The translations under genes were made by a program, and so were the position numbers. A DNA stretch of 64,000 nt. Source: Deltaproteobacteria bacterium (GTDB taxonomy: Bacteria; Desulfobacterota; Binatia; UBA12015). Shown here one piece after another: positions 1 to 8,874 of this stretch. Location of the stretch: positions 3,587-67,586 of the forward strand of contig VGTK01000004.1 of assembly GCA_016874715.1 (NCBI GenBank). Direction: 5' to 3'. Position 1 is the first letter of the stretch; the number at the start of each line of letters is the position of its first letter. The notes beneath the pieces were generated by a model. The model was not told the origin of the DNA and did not search any database. It saw only the letters and a program-made list of their open reading frames with translations.

Positions 1-273
1 CTTCGGGCCGACGCCCTTCTCGTGGATGAAGTGGATGCCGAGCCCACCGACCTTTGCCTTGAAATGCGCGAATCCGTTGAGAGCGGCCTCGGCCTTCCGC
101 CAGTCGTAGGTGTCGCGCCAGTAGGTCACGAGATCGCGCACGGCTGCGAGGTTCGCGCCGTAGCCCCATCCGGAGCTCGGGATCTCGTCGGGAAACCGCG
201 TTCGCGCGAGACGCTCGCGCAGATCCGTCAGGACGGCGTCGGGAACCGCGATACGGAAGGGCTCGACCAGCAT
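1..273 (-). CDS. Epoxide hydrolase, N-terminal part only (gene continues past the left edge)
   Basis: Reverse translation from ATG at 273 gives MLVEPFRIAVPDAVLTDLRERLARTRFPDEIPSSGWGYGANLAAVRDLVTYWRDTYDWRKAEAALNGFAHFKAKVGGLGIHFIHEKG, the hallmark epoxide-hydrolase N-terminal domain pattern. It is absent from the ORF track because there is no stop inside the window. Confidence 0.75.
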   Translation of the reverse strand, partial: MLVEPFRIAVPDAVLTDLRERLARTRFPDEIPSSGWGYGANLAAVRDLVTYWRDTYDWRKAEAALNGFAHFKAKVGGLGIHFIHEKGVGPK

Positions 274-319
274 CCGAAAAGGGCTGTCACGCGGCTCCGG
301 CGAACACAAGCCGCGGTCG

Positions 320-907
320 CTACCAGCCGCGCTCGCGCGGCTTGCCCGAGCCCCCGGCGCTCCAGCCGTCGCAGCGCGCGGTCAGATCCGTGGTGTGCGC
401 CGCGAGGCCGTCGAGGCCGAACACCAGGCGACGGGCCGCGTCGCCGCGTCGGATCTCGACCTGCAGGCTCGCGCGCCCGCGGGTCTGCTCCTCGCGCATC
501 AGGCCGCGCCGCAGCTCCTCGCTCGACGCCGGCCACGACAGCAGCCCGTCGGCGGTCGCCTTGCTGCGCCAGCGCGCGGTCACGGGGGCGCGTCCGAAGA
601 ACCCGGTGACGACCTCGCTCTCGAAGCCGCCCTCGGGTGCGGTCGGCGCCGGGAGCGGATCGCGCTCGAGCAGCGCGATCCCACGCCACGCGTCGGCGCC
701 GCTCTCGCAGCCGATCAGCAGGCGCGCCGCGGGCGAGTCGACCGCGGCGGTCGCGAAACCGTGCGCCGCCTTGCCCGTGGGCCCGGTGAAGGTCGCCTCG
801 GTCCAGGCGTCCGCGCTCGCCGGTCGCGAGGACGCGACGAGCGTCGCGAGCGCCAACACCGCGAGGCACGGCACGGACGCGACGCGCCGCAGCGCACGGT
901 GCCTCAA
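320..907 (-). CDS. Hypothetical secreted protein (about 195 aa)
   Basis: C-terminal part of track ORF 320..1843. In-frame TTG at 907 overlaps the feoB stop. Signal-peptide-like N-terminus RHRALRRVASVPCLAVLALATLVASSRPASADA. No family recognised; start uncertain. Confidence 0.45.
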   Translation of the reverse strand: MRHRALRRVASVPCLAVLALATLVASSRPASADAWTEATFTGPTGKAAHGFATAAVDSPAARLLIGCESGADAWRGIALLERDPLPAPTAPEGGFESEVVTGFFGRAPVTARWRSKATADGLLSWPASSEELRRGLMREEQTRGRASLQVEIRRGDAARRLVFGLDGLAAHTTDLTARCDGWSAGGSGKPRERGW

Positions 908-2829
908 CCGCCGAGCAGCGCCCGGCTCAGGTGATAGGTCGTGAAGCTGCCCACCCACGCGAGCGCCAGCATGTACGAGAACGCGAGCGCAGGCCACCTC
1001 CAGCTTCCGGTCTCGCGGGCCATGACGACGATCGTCGAGGTGCACTGCAGGGCGAAGACGAAGAAGACCATCAGCGCGAGTGCTGCCGGAAGCGTGAAGA
1101 CCCGGCGTCCGGTGGCCGGGTCGACGTCGCCGACGATCGCGTCGCGCAGCCCGCCGTAGTCCTCGGCGTCGCCGACCGCGTAGATCTGTGCGAGCGTCGC
1201 GACGATCACCTCGCGCGCCGCGAGGCTCGCCACCAGGCCGACGCCGATCTTCCAGTCGAACCCGAGCGGTGCGATCGCCGGCTCGATCGCGTGGCCGAGG
1301 CGGGCCGCGGCACTCGCTCGCAGGTCGGCCTGCGCCTGCGCCTCGGGCGACAGCGACGGGTCGTGCGGCGCATTCGGAAAGCTCAGCAGCACCCACAGCA
1401 CGATCGAGGTCGCGAGGATGATGGTCCCGGCCCGCTTCACGAACGCCGCCGCGCTCTGCCACACCTGGCGCGCCAGCAGGCGCAGCGTCGGCACGCGGTA
1501 GGGCGGCAGCTCCATGTAGAAGACCGAGATCGTGCCGCGTAGCAGCGTCGCGTTGAGCAGCGCCGCCGACGCGAGCGCGGTCGCGGCGCCGAGCAGGTAC
1601 AGCGCGAACATCGTCGCGCCCTGCAGCCCGATCGGCCCGAGCAGCGGCGTCGCCGGCACGAAGGCGGCGATCAGCAGCGTGTAGACCGGGAGGCGCGCGG
1701 AGCAGGTCATGAACGGTGCCACCAGGATGGTCGCGAGCCGCTCGCGCGGCGACGCAATGGTCCGCGCGGCCATGATGCCCGGCACCGCGCACGCGTAGCA
1801 GGACAGCAGCGGCACGAAGCTCCGACCCTGCAGGCCCACCCATCCCATGACGCGGTCCACGACGAAGGCCGCGCGCGCCATGTAGCCGACGTCGGTGAGG
1901 AAGTGCAGGAAGGTGAACAGGATCAGGATCTGCGGCAGGAAGACCAGCACGCCGCCGACGCCGGCGAGGATGCCGTCCGCCCAGAGATCGGTCACCCAGC
2001 CTTCGGGCAGCACGTCGCGCGACGCCTTCCCCAGCGACGCGAAGCCGCCGTCGATCGCGTCCATCACCGGGACCGCCCAGGAAAAGATGCTCTGGAACAG
2101 GAGCAGCATCACGAGCCCGAACACCGCGACGCCGAGCACCGGGTGCAGCAGCAGGCGGTCGATGCGATCGGTGCGGGAGTCGGGCGCAAGGGCGCCGGCG
2201 CCGATGTCGCGGCAGACCTCGTCGACCCAGGCGAAGCGCTGTGCCGCGTCGTCCGCGGGCGGGAGCGTCGCTCGCCGCGGCCAGGTCTCGGGATGCTCGA
2301 GGAACGCCCGCAGCTGGTCGAGCCCGACGCCGCGGTGCCCGACGACACCGACCACGTGGATGCCGAGGATCCGCCCGAGCCGCATCAGGTCGAGCCGCCC
2401 GCCGCGGGCCTTCACCTCGTCGATCATCGTCAGCACGAGGAGCGTCGGCAGCCCGCGCTCGAGCGCCTCGCGTACGAGGCCGAGTCCGCGCTGCAGCGTG
2501 GTCGCGTCGGCGACGACGAGCAGGGCGTCGGGAACCGGCTCGCCCGTGATGCGGCCCGTGAGCACCTCGGCGACGACCTTCTCGTCCGGGGTCTCGCCGT
2601 CGAGGCAGTACGTGCCGGGCAGGTCGAGGATGCGGACGTCGCGCCCGGCGCGGACGAGCGCTCCTTCGCGGCGCTCGACGGTCACCCCGGGATAGTTGCC
2701 GACGCGCGCCGCCGATCCGGTGAGCGCGTTGAACAGCGTCGTCTTGCCGGTGTTCGGCGAGCCGACGAGCGCGATCCGGACCGGGCCGGCCGCGGCGAGC
2801 GTGGCGGCAGGGGCTGCGCTCACCCGCAC
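904..2829 (-). CDS. feoB: Ferrous iron transporter FeoB
   Basis: Track ORF 904..2829 (641 aa). N-terminal G domain GSPNTGKTTLFNALTG and DLPGTY followed by a polytopic membrane domain. Overlaps the feoA stop by 10 nt. Confidence 0.9.
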   Translation of the reverse strand: MRVSAAPAATLAAAGPVRIALVGSPNTGKTTLFNALTGSAARVGNYPGVTVERREGALVRAGRDVRILDLPGTYCLDGETPDEKVVAEVLTGRITGEPVPDALLVVADATTLQRGLGLVREALERGLPTLLVLTMIDEVKARGGRLDLMRLGRILGIHVVGVVGHRGVGLDQLRAFLEHPETWPRRATLPPADDAAQRFAWVDEVCRDIGAGALAPDSRTDRIDRLLLHPVLGVAVFGLVMLLLFQSIFSWAVPVMDAIDGGFASLGKASRDVLPEGWVTDLWADGILAGVGGVLVFLPQILILFTFLHFLTDVGYMARAAFVVDRVMGWVGLQGRSFVPLLSCYACAVPGIMAARTIASPRERLATILVAPFMTCSARLPVYTLLIAAFVPATPLLGPIGLQGATMFALYLLGAATALASAALLNATLLRGTISVFYMELPPYRVPTLRLLARQVWQSAAAFVKRAGTIILATSIVLWVLLSFPNAPHDPSLSPEAQAQADLRASAAARLGHAIEPAIAPLGFDWKIGVGLVASLAAREVIVATLAQIYAVGDAEDYGGLRDAIVGDVDPATGRRVFTLPAALALMVFFVFALQCTSTIVVMARETGSWRWPALAFSYMLALAWVGSFTTYHLSRALLGG

Positions 2830-3089
2830 CGCTCCGGCGTGGCCGACGCCGCGGTGCCGTCGTCCGGCTCGACGCGCAGCGCGTCGAGCTGCGCGACCCG
2901 GAGGCAGAGCCGGTAGCCGCGGATCTCGATCTCCACCGGGTCGCCGAGCGGCGCGCGGCGCCGGATCACCAGTGGCGTGCCGGGGACGAAGCCCAGGTCC
3001 TGCAGGCGGCGCGGGATCGCGCGGCCCTCGACCGGGGCGTACAGCCGCGCCGGCATGCCGGGCGGCAGGTCGATCAGCGGGGTCGGCAC
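2820..3089 (-). CDS. feoA: Ferrous iron transport protein FeoA
   Basis: Last 89 codons of track ORF 2820..3419, from in-frame GTG at 3089: VPTPLIDLPPGMPARLYAPVEG..GFVPGTPLVIRRRAPLGDPVEIEIRGYRLCLRVAQLDALRVEP, a typical FeoA pattern. Start codon choice uncertain. Confidence 0.75.
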   Translation of the reverse strand: MPTPLIDLPPGMPARLYAPVEGRAIPRRLQDLGFVPGTPLVIRRRAPLGDPVEIEIRGYRLCLRVAQLDALRVEPDDGTAASATPERCG

Positions 3090-3103
3090 GGCCGCCGATC
3101 CGG

Positions 3104-3128
3104 GATGAATCCGACTCTCAATTTCATC
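3104..3128. promoter_or_regulatory. A/T-rich near-palindrome, Fur-box-like candidate upstream of feoAB
   Basis: GATGAAT-N10-ATTTCATC lies 15 nt upstream of the proposed feoA start, in otherwise GC-rich DNA. Only a partial match to the classical Fur box. Confidence 0.3.
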
Positions 3129-3373
3129 GGTGCGCCGAGTGAAGCCGGGGCGCCGCGGAGTGTCAAACGCGACGTTGCTCACGCTGCGGTGGCCCGGTAC
3201 CGGCGCCCCGCGCGTCCGGCCGGCGACTTGCGGGGCTTGGCTCCTGCACCGCCGGAACATCGAGCTGCTGAACGTCCCCGTGCGGGGCACGTGGCTTGCT
3301 GAAGCGAACGATCGACGCGCGCACCGATCCAGCGAAAGCGAGCGCACCCGCCTTTCGAGGAAGCAGGACCGAC

Positions 3374-4855
3374 ATGAGTGCCCAGTCCATGACCAACCCG
3401 GTGCCCGTTTTCGACGCATACCGCGTCGTGAGCGGGCTCTTCGACGAGATGTTCGATCTCGAGCGCCGGCCCCGGCCCGGCTGCGCCCGCGTGGTCGCGG
3501 ACCTGCTCGCGCGCGATCCCGAGCGCCTCGCCGAGCTGCGGGCGCGGGCCGACGCGATGTTCCTCCGCATGGGCGTGACCTTCAACGTCTACGGAATGGA
3601 GGAGGGCTCGGAGAAGATCTTCCCCTTCGACCCGATCCCGCGCGTCATCGATGCCGCGACGTGGGCGCACCTCGAGGCCGGTCTCACGCAGCGCGTGCGC
3701 GCCCTCAACGCCTTCATCCAGGACGTCTACGGCGCGGGCGAGATCCTGAAGGACGGCGTCGTCCCGCGCGACCTCGTGCTCGGCTGCCCGCAGTACCTGC
3801 GCGCCGCCGTCGGTCTCACGCCGCCGCACGGCACGTTCGTGACGGTCGCCGGCATCGACCTCGTGCGCGGCGCGGACGGACGCTTCCACGTGCTCGAGGA
3901 CAACGTGCGAACCCCGTCCGGGGTGTCGTACGTCATCCAGAACCGCGTCGTGATGACCCGGCTGCTGCCCGACCTCGTCCGCGCGAGCGGCGTGCGCAGC
4001 GTCGAGAACTACCCGGCGGACCTGCTCGAGAGCCTGTGCGAGCTCGCACCGCGCGGCAAGTCGCGGCCCAAGGTCGCGCTGCTCACGCCCGGCATCTACA
4101 ACTCCGCGTTCTTCGAGCACGTCTTCCTGTCGCACCAGATGGGCATCGAGCTGGTCGAGGGACACGACCTCGTCTGCGTCGACCACAAGGTCTTCATGAA
4201 GACCGTGCACGGGCTCGAGCAGATCGACGTCCTCTACCGGCGCATCGACGACGATTTCCTGGACCCGGTGGTGTTCCGGTCCGACTCGATCCTCGGCGTC
4301 GCCGGCATCACCGCGGCGATCCGCGCCGGCAACGTCTCGGTCGCCAACGGCTTCGGCACCGGCATCGCCGACGACAAGGCGATCTTCGCCTACACGCCGG
4401 CGATCGTGCGCTACTACCTCAACGAGGAGCCGCTGCTGCCGATCGTCGAGACGCACATCCTGAGCGATCCCGACGTCCGTCGCATGGTCCTGCGCGACCT
4501 CGACCGCTTCGTCGTCAAGCCGACCAACGCCTCGGGCGGCTACGGCGTGATCATCGGACCGAAGGCGACCTATCGTCAGCTCATCGAGGCGCGCGAGGGC
4601 ATCGAGCGCGACCCGAGCCACTTCATCGCCCAGCCCGTCGTGCAGCTCTCGGTGCACCCGACGCTGCTGGGCGAAGGCAGTGGCGCGGACATGTACGCGC
4701 CCCGGCACGTCGACCTGCGGCCGTTCGTTCTTCTGGGCAAGAGGCCGCGCGTGCTGCCGGGCGGGCTGACTCGCGTCGCGCTGCGCGAAGGCTCGCTGAT
4801 CGTCAACTCCTCCCAGGGGGGCGGCAGCAAGGACACCTGGGTGCTGGAGCGCTGA
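3374..4855 (+). CDS. Circularly permuted ATP-grasp type 2 family protein
   Basis: Track ORF 3296..4855, start moved to ATG 3374 (MSAQSM). About 490 aa with blocks GIDLVRGADGRFHVLEDNVRTPSGVSY, FVVKPTNASGGYGV and DLRPFVL. Has the usual alpha-E and transglutaminase neighbours. Confidence 0.8.
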   Translation: MSAQSMTNPVPVFDAYRVVSGLFDEMFDLERRPRPGCARVVADLLARDPERLAELRARADAMFLRMGVTFNVYGMEEGSEKIFPFDPIPRVIDAATWAHLEAGLTQRVRALNAFIQDVYGAGEILKDGVVPRDLVLGCPQYLRAAVGLTPPHGTFVTVAGIDLVRGADGRFHVLEDNVRTPSGVSYVIQNRVVMTRLLPDLVRASGVRSVENYPADLLESLCELAPRGKSRPKVALLTPGIYNSAFFEHVFLSHQMGIELVEGHDLVCVDHKVFMKTVHGLEQIDVLYRRIDDDFLDPVVFRSDSILGVAGITAAIRAGNVSVANGFGTGIADDKAIFAYTPAIVRYYLNEEPLLPIVETHILSDPDVRRMVLRDLDRFVVKPTNASGGYGVIIGPKATYRQLIEAREGIERDPSHFIAQPVVQLSVHPTLLGEGSGADMYAPRHVDLRPFVLLGKRPRVLPGGLTRVALREGSLIVNSSQGGGSKDTWVLER

Positions 4856-4856
4856 C

Positions 4857-5804
4857 ATGCTGCGCCGGATCGCCGACAGCCTCTTCTGGGCCGCACGCTA
4901 TCTCGAGCGCGCCGAGTGGCGCGCTCGACTGGTCAGTGTCAATCATAATCTGCTCATCGAGGGGCCGGCGCCGGCCGGCAACCCGTGGTCCTCGATGCTG
5001 GCCATCTCCGGCGACCGGGAGCTCTTCGAGGAGCACTACCAGGACGTCGACGAGAGGTCGGTGCTGACATTCTTTGTTCTCGACGAGCGCAACCCGTCGT
5101 CGATCCGGAGCTGCATCGACGCGGCACGAGCCAACGCCCGCTCGCTGCGCCACCGCATCTCGTCGGAGCTCTGGCTCGAGCTCAACACCCTGCACCTCGA
5201 CGCCAAGCAGTGGACCGCCGCACGCCTCGGTACGAGCGAGGCCTTCGACTTCTTCTCGCAGCTCCAGGAGCGCTTCTACCGCATCGCGGGAGTGATGAGC
5301 GGCACGTTGCCGCGCGGCGTGGGCTTCGACTTCCTAGCCCTCGGCATCCTGCTCGAGCGGGCCGAGAACGTCACCCGCCTGCTCGACATCAAGTACCACT
5401 ACCTGCTGCCGCGCGTGGAGGACGTCGGCGGGCCGATCGACCTGCTGCAGTGGGCGGCGGTGCTGCGCAGCGCGTCGGCGCTCGAGGCGTACCGGATGAA
5501 GTACGGCAACCTCATCCGGACGGAGAGCGTGGTGGAGGTGCTGCTCTTCGACTCGACCTTCCCGCGTTCCGCGCGCTACTGCGTCGACCGGCTGGAGACC
5601 GCGCTCCGGCGCGTCGCGCAGGCGGCGCCGGAGCCCGCGCCGGGTGCGGTCGGACTCGCTTCGGACGGACTCGCCGGGCTCCTCGCGTCGCGCAGCGCGA
5701 GCGAGGTGATCACCAGCGGCCTGCACGACTTCCTGATCGACGTCCAGGAGGAGTGCGAGCGCATCAGCAGTGCGGTCTTCGACCAGTACCTGCGCTTCGA
5801 GTGA
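4857..5804 (+). CDS. Alpha-E domain protein (DUF403 type)
   Basis: Track ORF 4857..5804. N-terminus MLRRIADSLFWAARYLERAE is typical of alpha-E proteins. Starts 1 nt after the ATP-grasp stop. Confidence 0.8.
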   Translation: MLRRIADSLFWAARYLERAEWRARLVSVNHNLLIEGPAPAGNPWSSMLAISGDRELFEEHYQDVDERSVLTFFVLDERNPSSIRSCIDAARANARSLRHRISSELWLELNTLHLDAKQWTAARLGTSEAFDFFSQLQERFYRIAGVMSGTLPRGVGFDFLALGILLERAENVTRLLDIKYHYLLPRVEDVGGPIDLLQWAAVLRSASALEAYRMKYGNLIRTESVVEVLLFDSTFPRSARYCVDRLETALRRVAQAAPEPAPGAVGLASDGLAGLLASRSASEVITSGLHDFLIDVQEECERISSAVFDQYLRFE

Positions 5805-5811
5805 GGCGGCC

Positions 5812-6720
5812 ATGATCTACTGCATCCGGCACACCACGCACTTCCGTTACGACAAGCCCGCGTACGAGTCGCACAACGAGGTTCGCGTCACGCCGCGCAC
5901 GAGCCCGAACCAGCGCTGCCTGTCGTTCGACCTCGAGGTGACGCCGAAGGCGGCCGTGCTCGCGTACGACGACTCGTTCATGAACCGCGTGCACGCGATC
6001 TCCGTCCACCCGCCGCACGACGCATTCACCATCGTCGCGACGTCGGTGGTGGAGCGCCTCGCACCGCGGCCCAGCACGCCGCTTCGCGTGCCGTTCGGCG
6101 AGTTCCTCGCCGAGGACGCCGCACGCTCGGCCCAGCACTTCGAGTTTCTCAACCCGAGCACGTTCGTGCCGTTCAGCGAGCGGCTGCGGAAGTTCTTCTG
6201 GTCCGCACGACCCGCGCCGACCGAGACGGTCGTCGAGTACACGATGCGCATCGTGCGCTACGTGCGCGACCAGTTCGAGTACGAGAAGGACAAGACGAAC
6301 GTACACTCGGGCGTCGACGACATCCTGTCCGCGGGCGGCGGCGTGTGCCAGGACTTCGCGCACCTGACGATCGGGCTGCTCAGGCTCGCCGGCCTGCCGG
6401 CGCGCTACGTCTCCGGATATCTCGCGCCGCGCCCCGGCGTCGCGTCGGACTACGCGGACCAGGCGAGCCACGCCTGGATCGAGGTGCTGCTGCCTGGTGC
6501 AGGCTGGACCGGCTTCGACCCGACGCTGCGCAGCCGAACGACCGACCAGCACATTCGCATCGCGGTCGGACGCGACTACGCGGACGTTCCGCCGCTGCGC
6601 GGCGTCTACCGGAGCGCCGGCTCGACCGGCGACATGCGGGTCGAGCTCAGCATCCAGCGCGACGGCGAGGACGAGCCGGGGGTGGTACGCGCGCAGATGC
6701 GGAACCAGTCGCAGCAGTAG
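5812..6720 (+). CDS. Transglutaminase-like family protein with bacterial transglutaminase N-terminal domain
   Basis: Track ORF 5770..6720, start moved to ATG 5812 (MIYCIRHTTHFRYDKPAYESHNEVRVTP). Cys-His-Asp core visible as GGGVCQDFAH, SHAWIEV and GFDPT. Confidence 0.85.
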   Translation: MIYCIRHTTHFRYDKPAYESHNEVRVTPRTSPNQRCLSFDLEVTPKAAVLAYDDSFMNRVHAISVHPPHDAFTIVATSVVERLAPRPSTPLRVPFGEFLAEDAARSAQHFEFLNPSTFVPFSERLRKFFWSARPAPTETVVEYTMRIVRYVRDQFEYEKDKTNVHSGVDDILSAGGGVCQDFAHLTIGLLRLAGLPARYVSGYLAPRPGVASDYADQASHAWIEVLLPGAGWTGFDPTLRSRTTDQHIRIAVGRDYADVPPLRGVYRSAGSTGDMRVELSIQRDGEDEPGVVRAQMRNQSQQ

Positions 6721-6918
6721 CGATCCGCCGACCGGCCTCGCCAGGTCCGGGCGCGCTCGCCGGGAGGCGGACGGCTACTTCTTCTGCGGCGCCGCCGACT
6801 CGACCGCGCGGAAGGCGGTGACGAACCGGTCGCCGGCCTCCACGATGCCGCACCGTAACTGCTCGATGTTGCCGACCCCGGTCCTGGTCACCCACCAGGT
6901 CGGCGTGGCGAGGACGGT

Positions 6919-7296
6919 CTACATGTCGCGGATCAGGACCGCTCCCTGCAGCAGCCCGAGGTACACCGAAAAGGCGTACGTGCCGTCCTGCCTGGGCACC
7001 GGCACCACGCTCACGTTCACCTGCATGACGCCGCGCTCCTGTGGCGGCACGTCACCCTGGGGGCCGGGGAGGACGCGCAGGCCCGCGAGCCGCAGCTTCG
7101 TCTCGAGGTCGCGCTTGACGTCGGCCTGGTTGAGGCCTGCGAGCAGGCCGGCGGGGTCGAGCGGCTTCACGTCGACGAAGACCGCTGTCAGGCCGAGCAG
7201 GGTGGCCCGGTCGTGCGTGCTGTCGGCCGCTCGTACCGCGCCGCCTGCGCCGCCGAGGATCGCCACGAGGAGGAGGAGTGCCCGCACCGTTCTCAT
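6919..7296 (-). CDS. Small secreted hypothetical protein (125 aa)
   Basis: Track ORF 6919..7296. Signal peptide MRTVRALLLLVAILGGAGGAVRAAD. Lies 33 nt downstream of the ABC permease gene on the same strand. No family recognised. Confidence 0.5.
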   Translation of the reverse strand: MRTVRALLLLVAILGGAGGAVRAADSTHDRATLLGLTAVFVDVKPLDPAGLLAGLNQADVKRDLETKLRLAGLRVLPGPQGDVPPQERGVMQVNVSVVPVPRQDGTYAFSVYLGLLQGAVLIRDM

Positions 7297-7329
7297 GCAG
7301 GCGCCGTATCACCCGCGCGTGCGACGCGC

Positions 7330-8874
7330 TCAGGGCGCCGGCGCGTCGGTCGCGGCGCCAGCGAGGGCGAGCAGCATGCCCTGCGCGACCGCGGCGGGCG
7401 CGCGGCCGTGCTCGTCGACGGCGAGGTTGGCCGCGCGCATGGTCCGCGCGTCGATCCTGCCGGCGAGCCGGCGCAACGCCGCGATCACCGCGGGCTGCTC
7501 GCGCACCAGCCGGGCGCTGGCGAGCACGATCGCGTCGTACGGCGGGATCGCCCCGCGGTCGTCCTCGAGCACGCGCAGATCGAGGCCCGCGATCCGGCCG
7601 TCGGTGGAGAACGCGCTGATCACGTCGACGTCGCCGGCGGCGGCCGCCTGGTACATCAGGGACGAGTCCATGCTGCGCTCGGTCGCGAAGCGGAGCCCGT
7701 ACGTGTCCCGAACGGCGCGCCACTCGGGACGAGAGAAGAACTCGTAGTCGCCGCCGATCGACATGCTCGGGGCGTGCGCGGCGAGGTCGCCGACGCGGCG
7801 GATCCCGAGGCGGTCCGCGTCGCGCGATCGTATCGCGAGGGCGTACGCGTTCTCGAAGCCGAGGGCGCAGACCAGCTCGATGCCGTGGCGCTCGCGGACG
7901 AAGCGCGCGATCTCGGCGAGCGCGGTGGCGCGGTCCGGCGGCGGTGCCGGGCGCTCGAGGATCGTCGCCCACAGCGTTCCCGAGTAGTCGACGTAGACGT
8001 CGATGTCGCCGCTGGCGAGCGCGTCGTAGGCGACCGTCGAGCCGAGCGAGGCCCGGATCTCGGTCGGCAGCCCGGTGCTCCGGCCCACCCACAGCGCGAT
8101 CAGCTCGCTCAGCACGTACTGCTCGGTGAACGTCTTCGCACCGATCACGACCGGGCGCTCACCCGCGCGCAGCGTGTCACCGAGAGCCGGCGCCAGTGCC
8201 GCGATCGCGAGCAGGGCGAGCCCGCCGAGGCTCGCGGCGATGGGTGCGCGGTGCCGCCGCGCGAGCCCGAGCTCGATGCCGTGCACCAGGCCGTCGAGCA
8301 GCAGTGCGAGCAGGGCTGCGGCGGCGGAGCCGAGCAGCACCGAGGCATAGTTCCGTGTCTGCAGCCCGCTGAAGATGAGGTTGCCGAGGCTGGGTGCGCC
8401 GACCGGCGTCGAGAGCGTCGCCATGCCGACGGTCCACACCGTCGCGGTGCGGATCCCCGCGACGATCACCGGCATCGCGAGCGGCAGCTCGACGCGCGCC
8501 AGCTTCTGCCGCTCGGTCATGCCGACGCCCCGCGCCGCTTCGACCATCGCCGGATCGACCCCGGTGAGGCCGGTGACCGTGTTGCGCAGGATCGGCAGCA
8601 GCCCGTAGAGCGTGAGGCCGATCAGTGCGGGCAGGAAGCCGATGCTGCGGAGCCCGATGGCGGCGAGCACCGGCACCATCACGGCGAGCAGCGCGAGGCC
8701 GGGGATCGTCTGGACCAGCGCCGCGACCGCGAGCACCGTACGCCCGAGCCGCGGCGCGCGCGCGGCGGCGATGCCGAGCGGCAGGCTGATCGAGATCGCG
8801 AGCGCCAGTGCTGCGAGGACCAGCTGCACGTGGGCCGCGAGGTACGACGGCAGCAGCTCCAGCAGCTCGCGCAT
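7330..8874 (-). CDS. Osmoprotectant (glycine betaine/choline/carnitine type) ABC transporter, fused permease and OpuAC-type substrate-binding protein
   Basis: C-terminal 514 codons of track ORF 7330..9702, from ATG 8874 (MRELLELLPSYL). ATGA overlap with the ATPase stop. Permease EAA-like region VEAARGVGMTERQKLARVELPLA, followed by a binding domain VVIGAKTFTEQYVLSELIA..DYSGTLW. Confidence 0.85.
   Translation of the reverse strand: MRELLELLPSYLAAHVQLVLAALALAISISLPLGIAAARAPRLGRTVLAVAALVQTIPGLALLAVMVPVLAAIGLRSIGFLPALIGLTLYGLLPILRNTVTGLTGVDPAMVEAARGVGMTERQKLARVELPLAMPVIVAGIRTATVWTVGMATLSTPVGAPSLGNLIFSGLQTRNYASVLLGSAAAALLALLLDGLVHGIELGLARRHRAPIAASLGGLALLAIAALAPALGDTLRAGERPVVIGAKTFTEQYVLSELIALWVGRSTGLPTEIRASLGSTVAYDALASGDIDVYVDYSGTLWATILERPAPPPDRATALAEIARFVRERHGIELVCALGFENAYALAIRSRDADRLGIRRVGDLAAHAPSMSIGGDYEFFSRPEWRAVRDTYGLRFATERSMDSSLMYQAAAAGDVDVISAFSTDGRIAGLDLRVLEDDRGAIPPYDAIVLASARLVREQPAVIAALRRLAGRIDARTMRAANLAVDEHGRAPAAVAQGMLLALAGAATDAPAP

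Noticed and set aside
22-869. Track ORFs 22..609 (+) and 228..869 (-) at the left edge
   Set aside because: Both have Arg/Ala/Pro-rich junk composition. The minus-strand frame from 273 to 1 gives a clean epoxide hydrolase N-terminus, and the frame 320..907 gives a signal-peptide protein.
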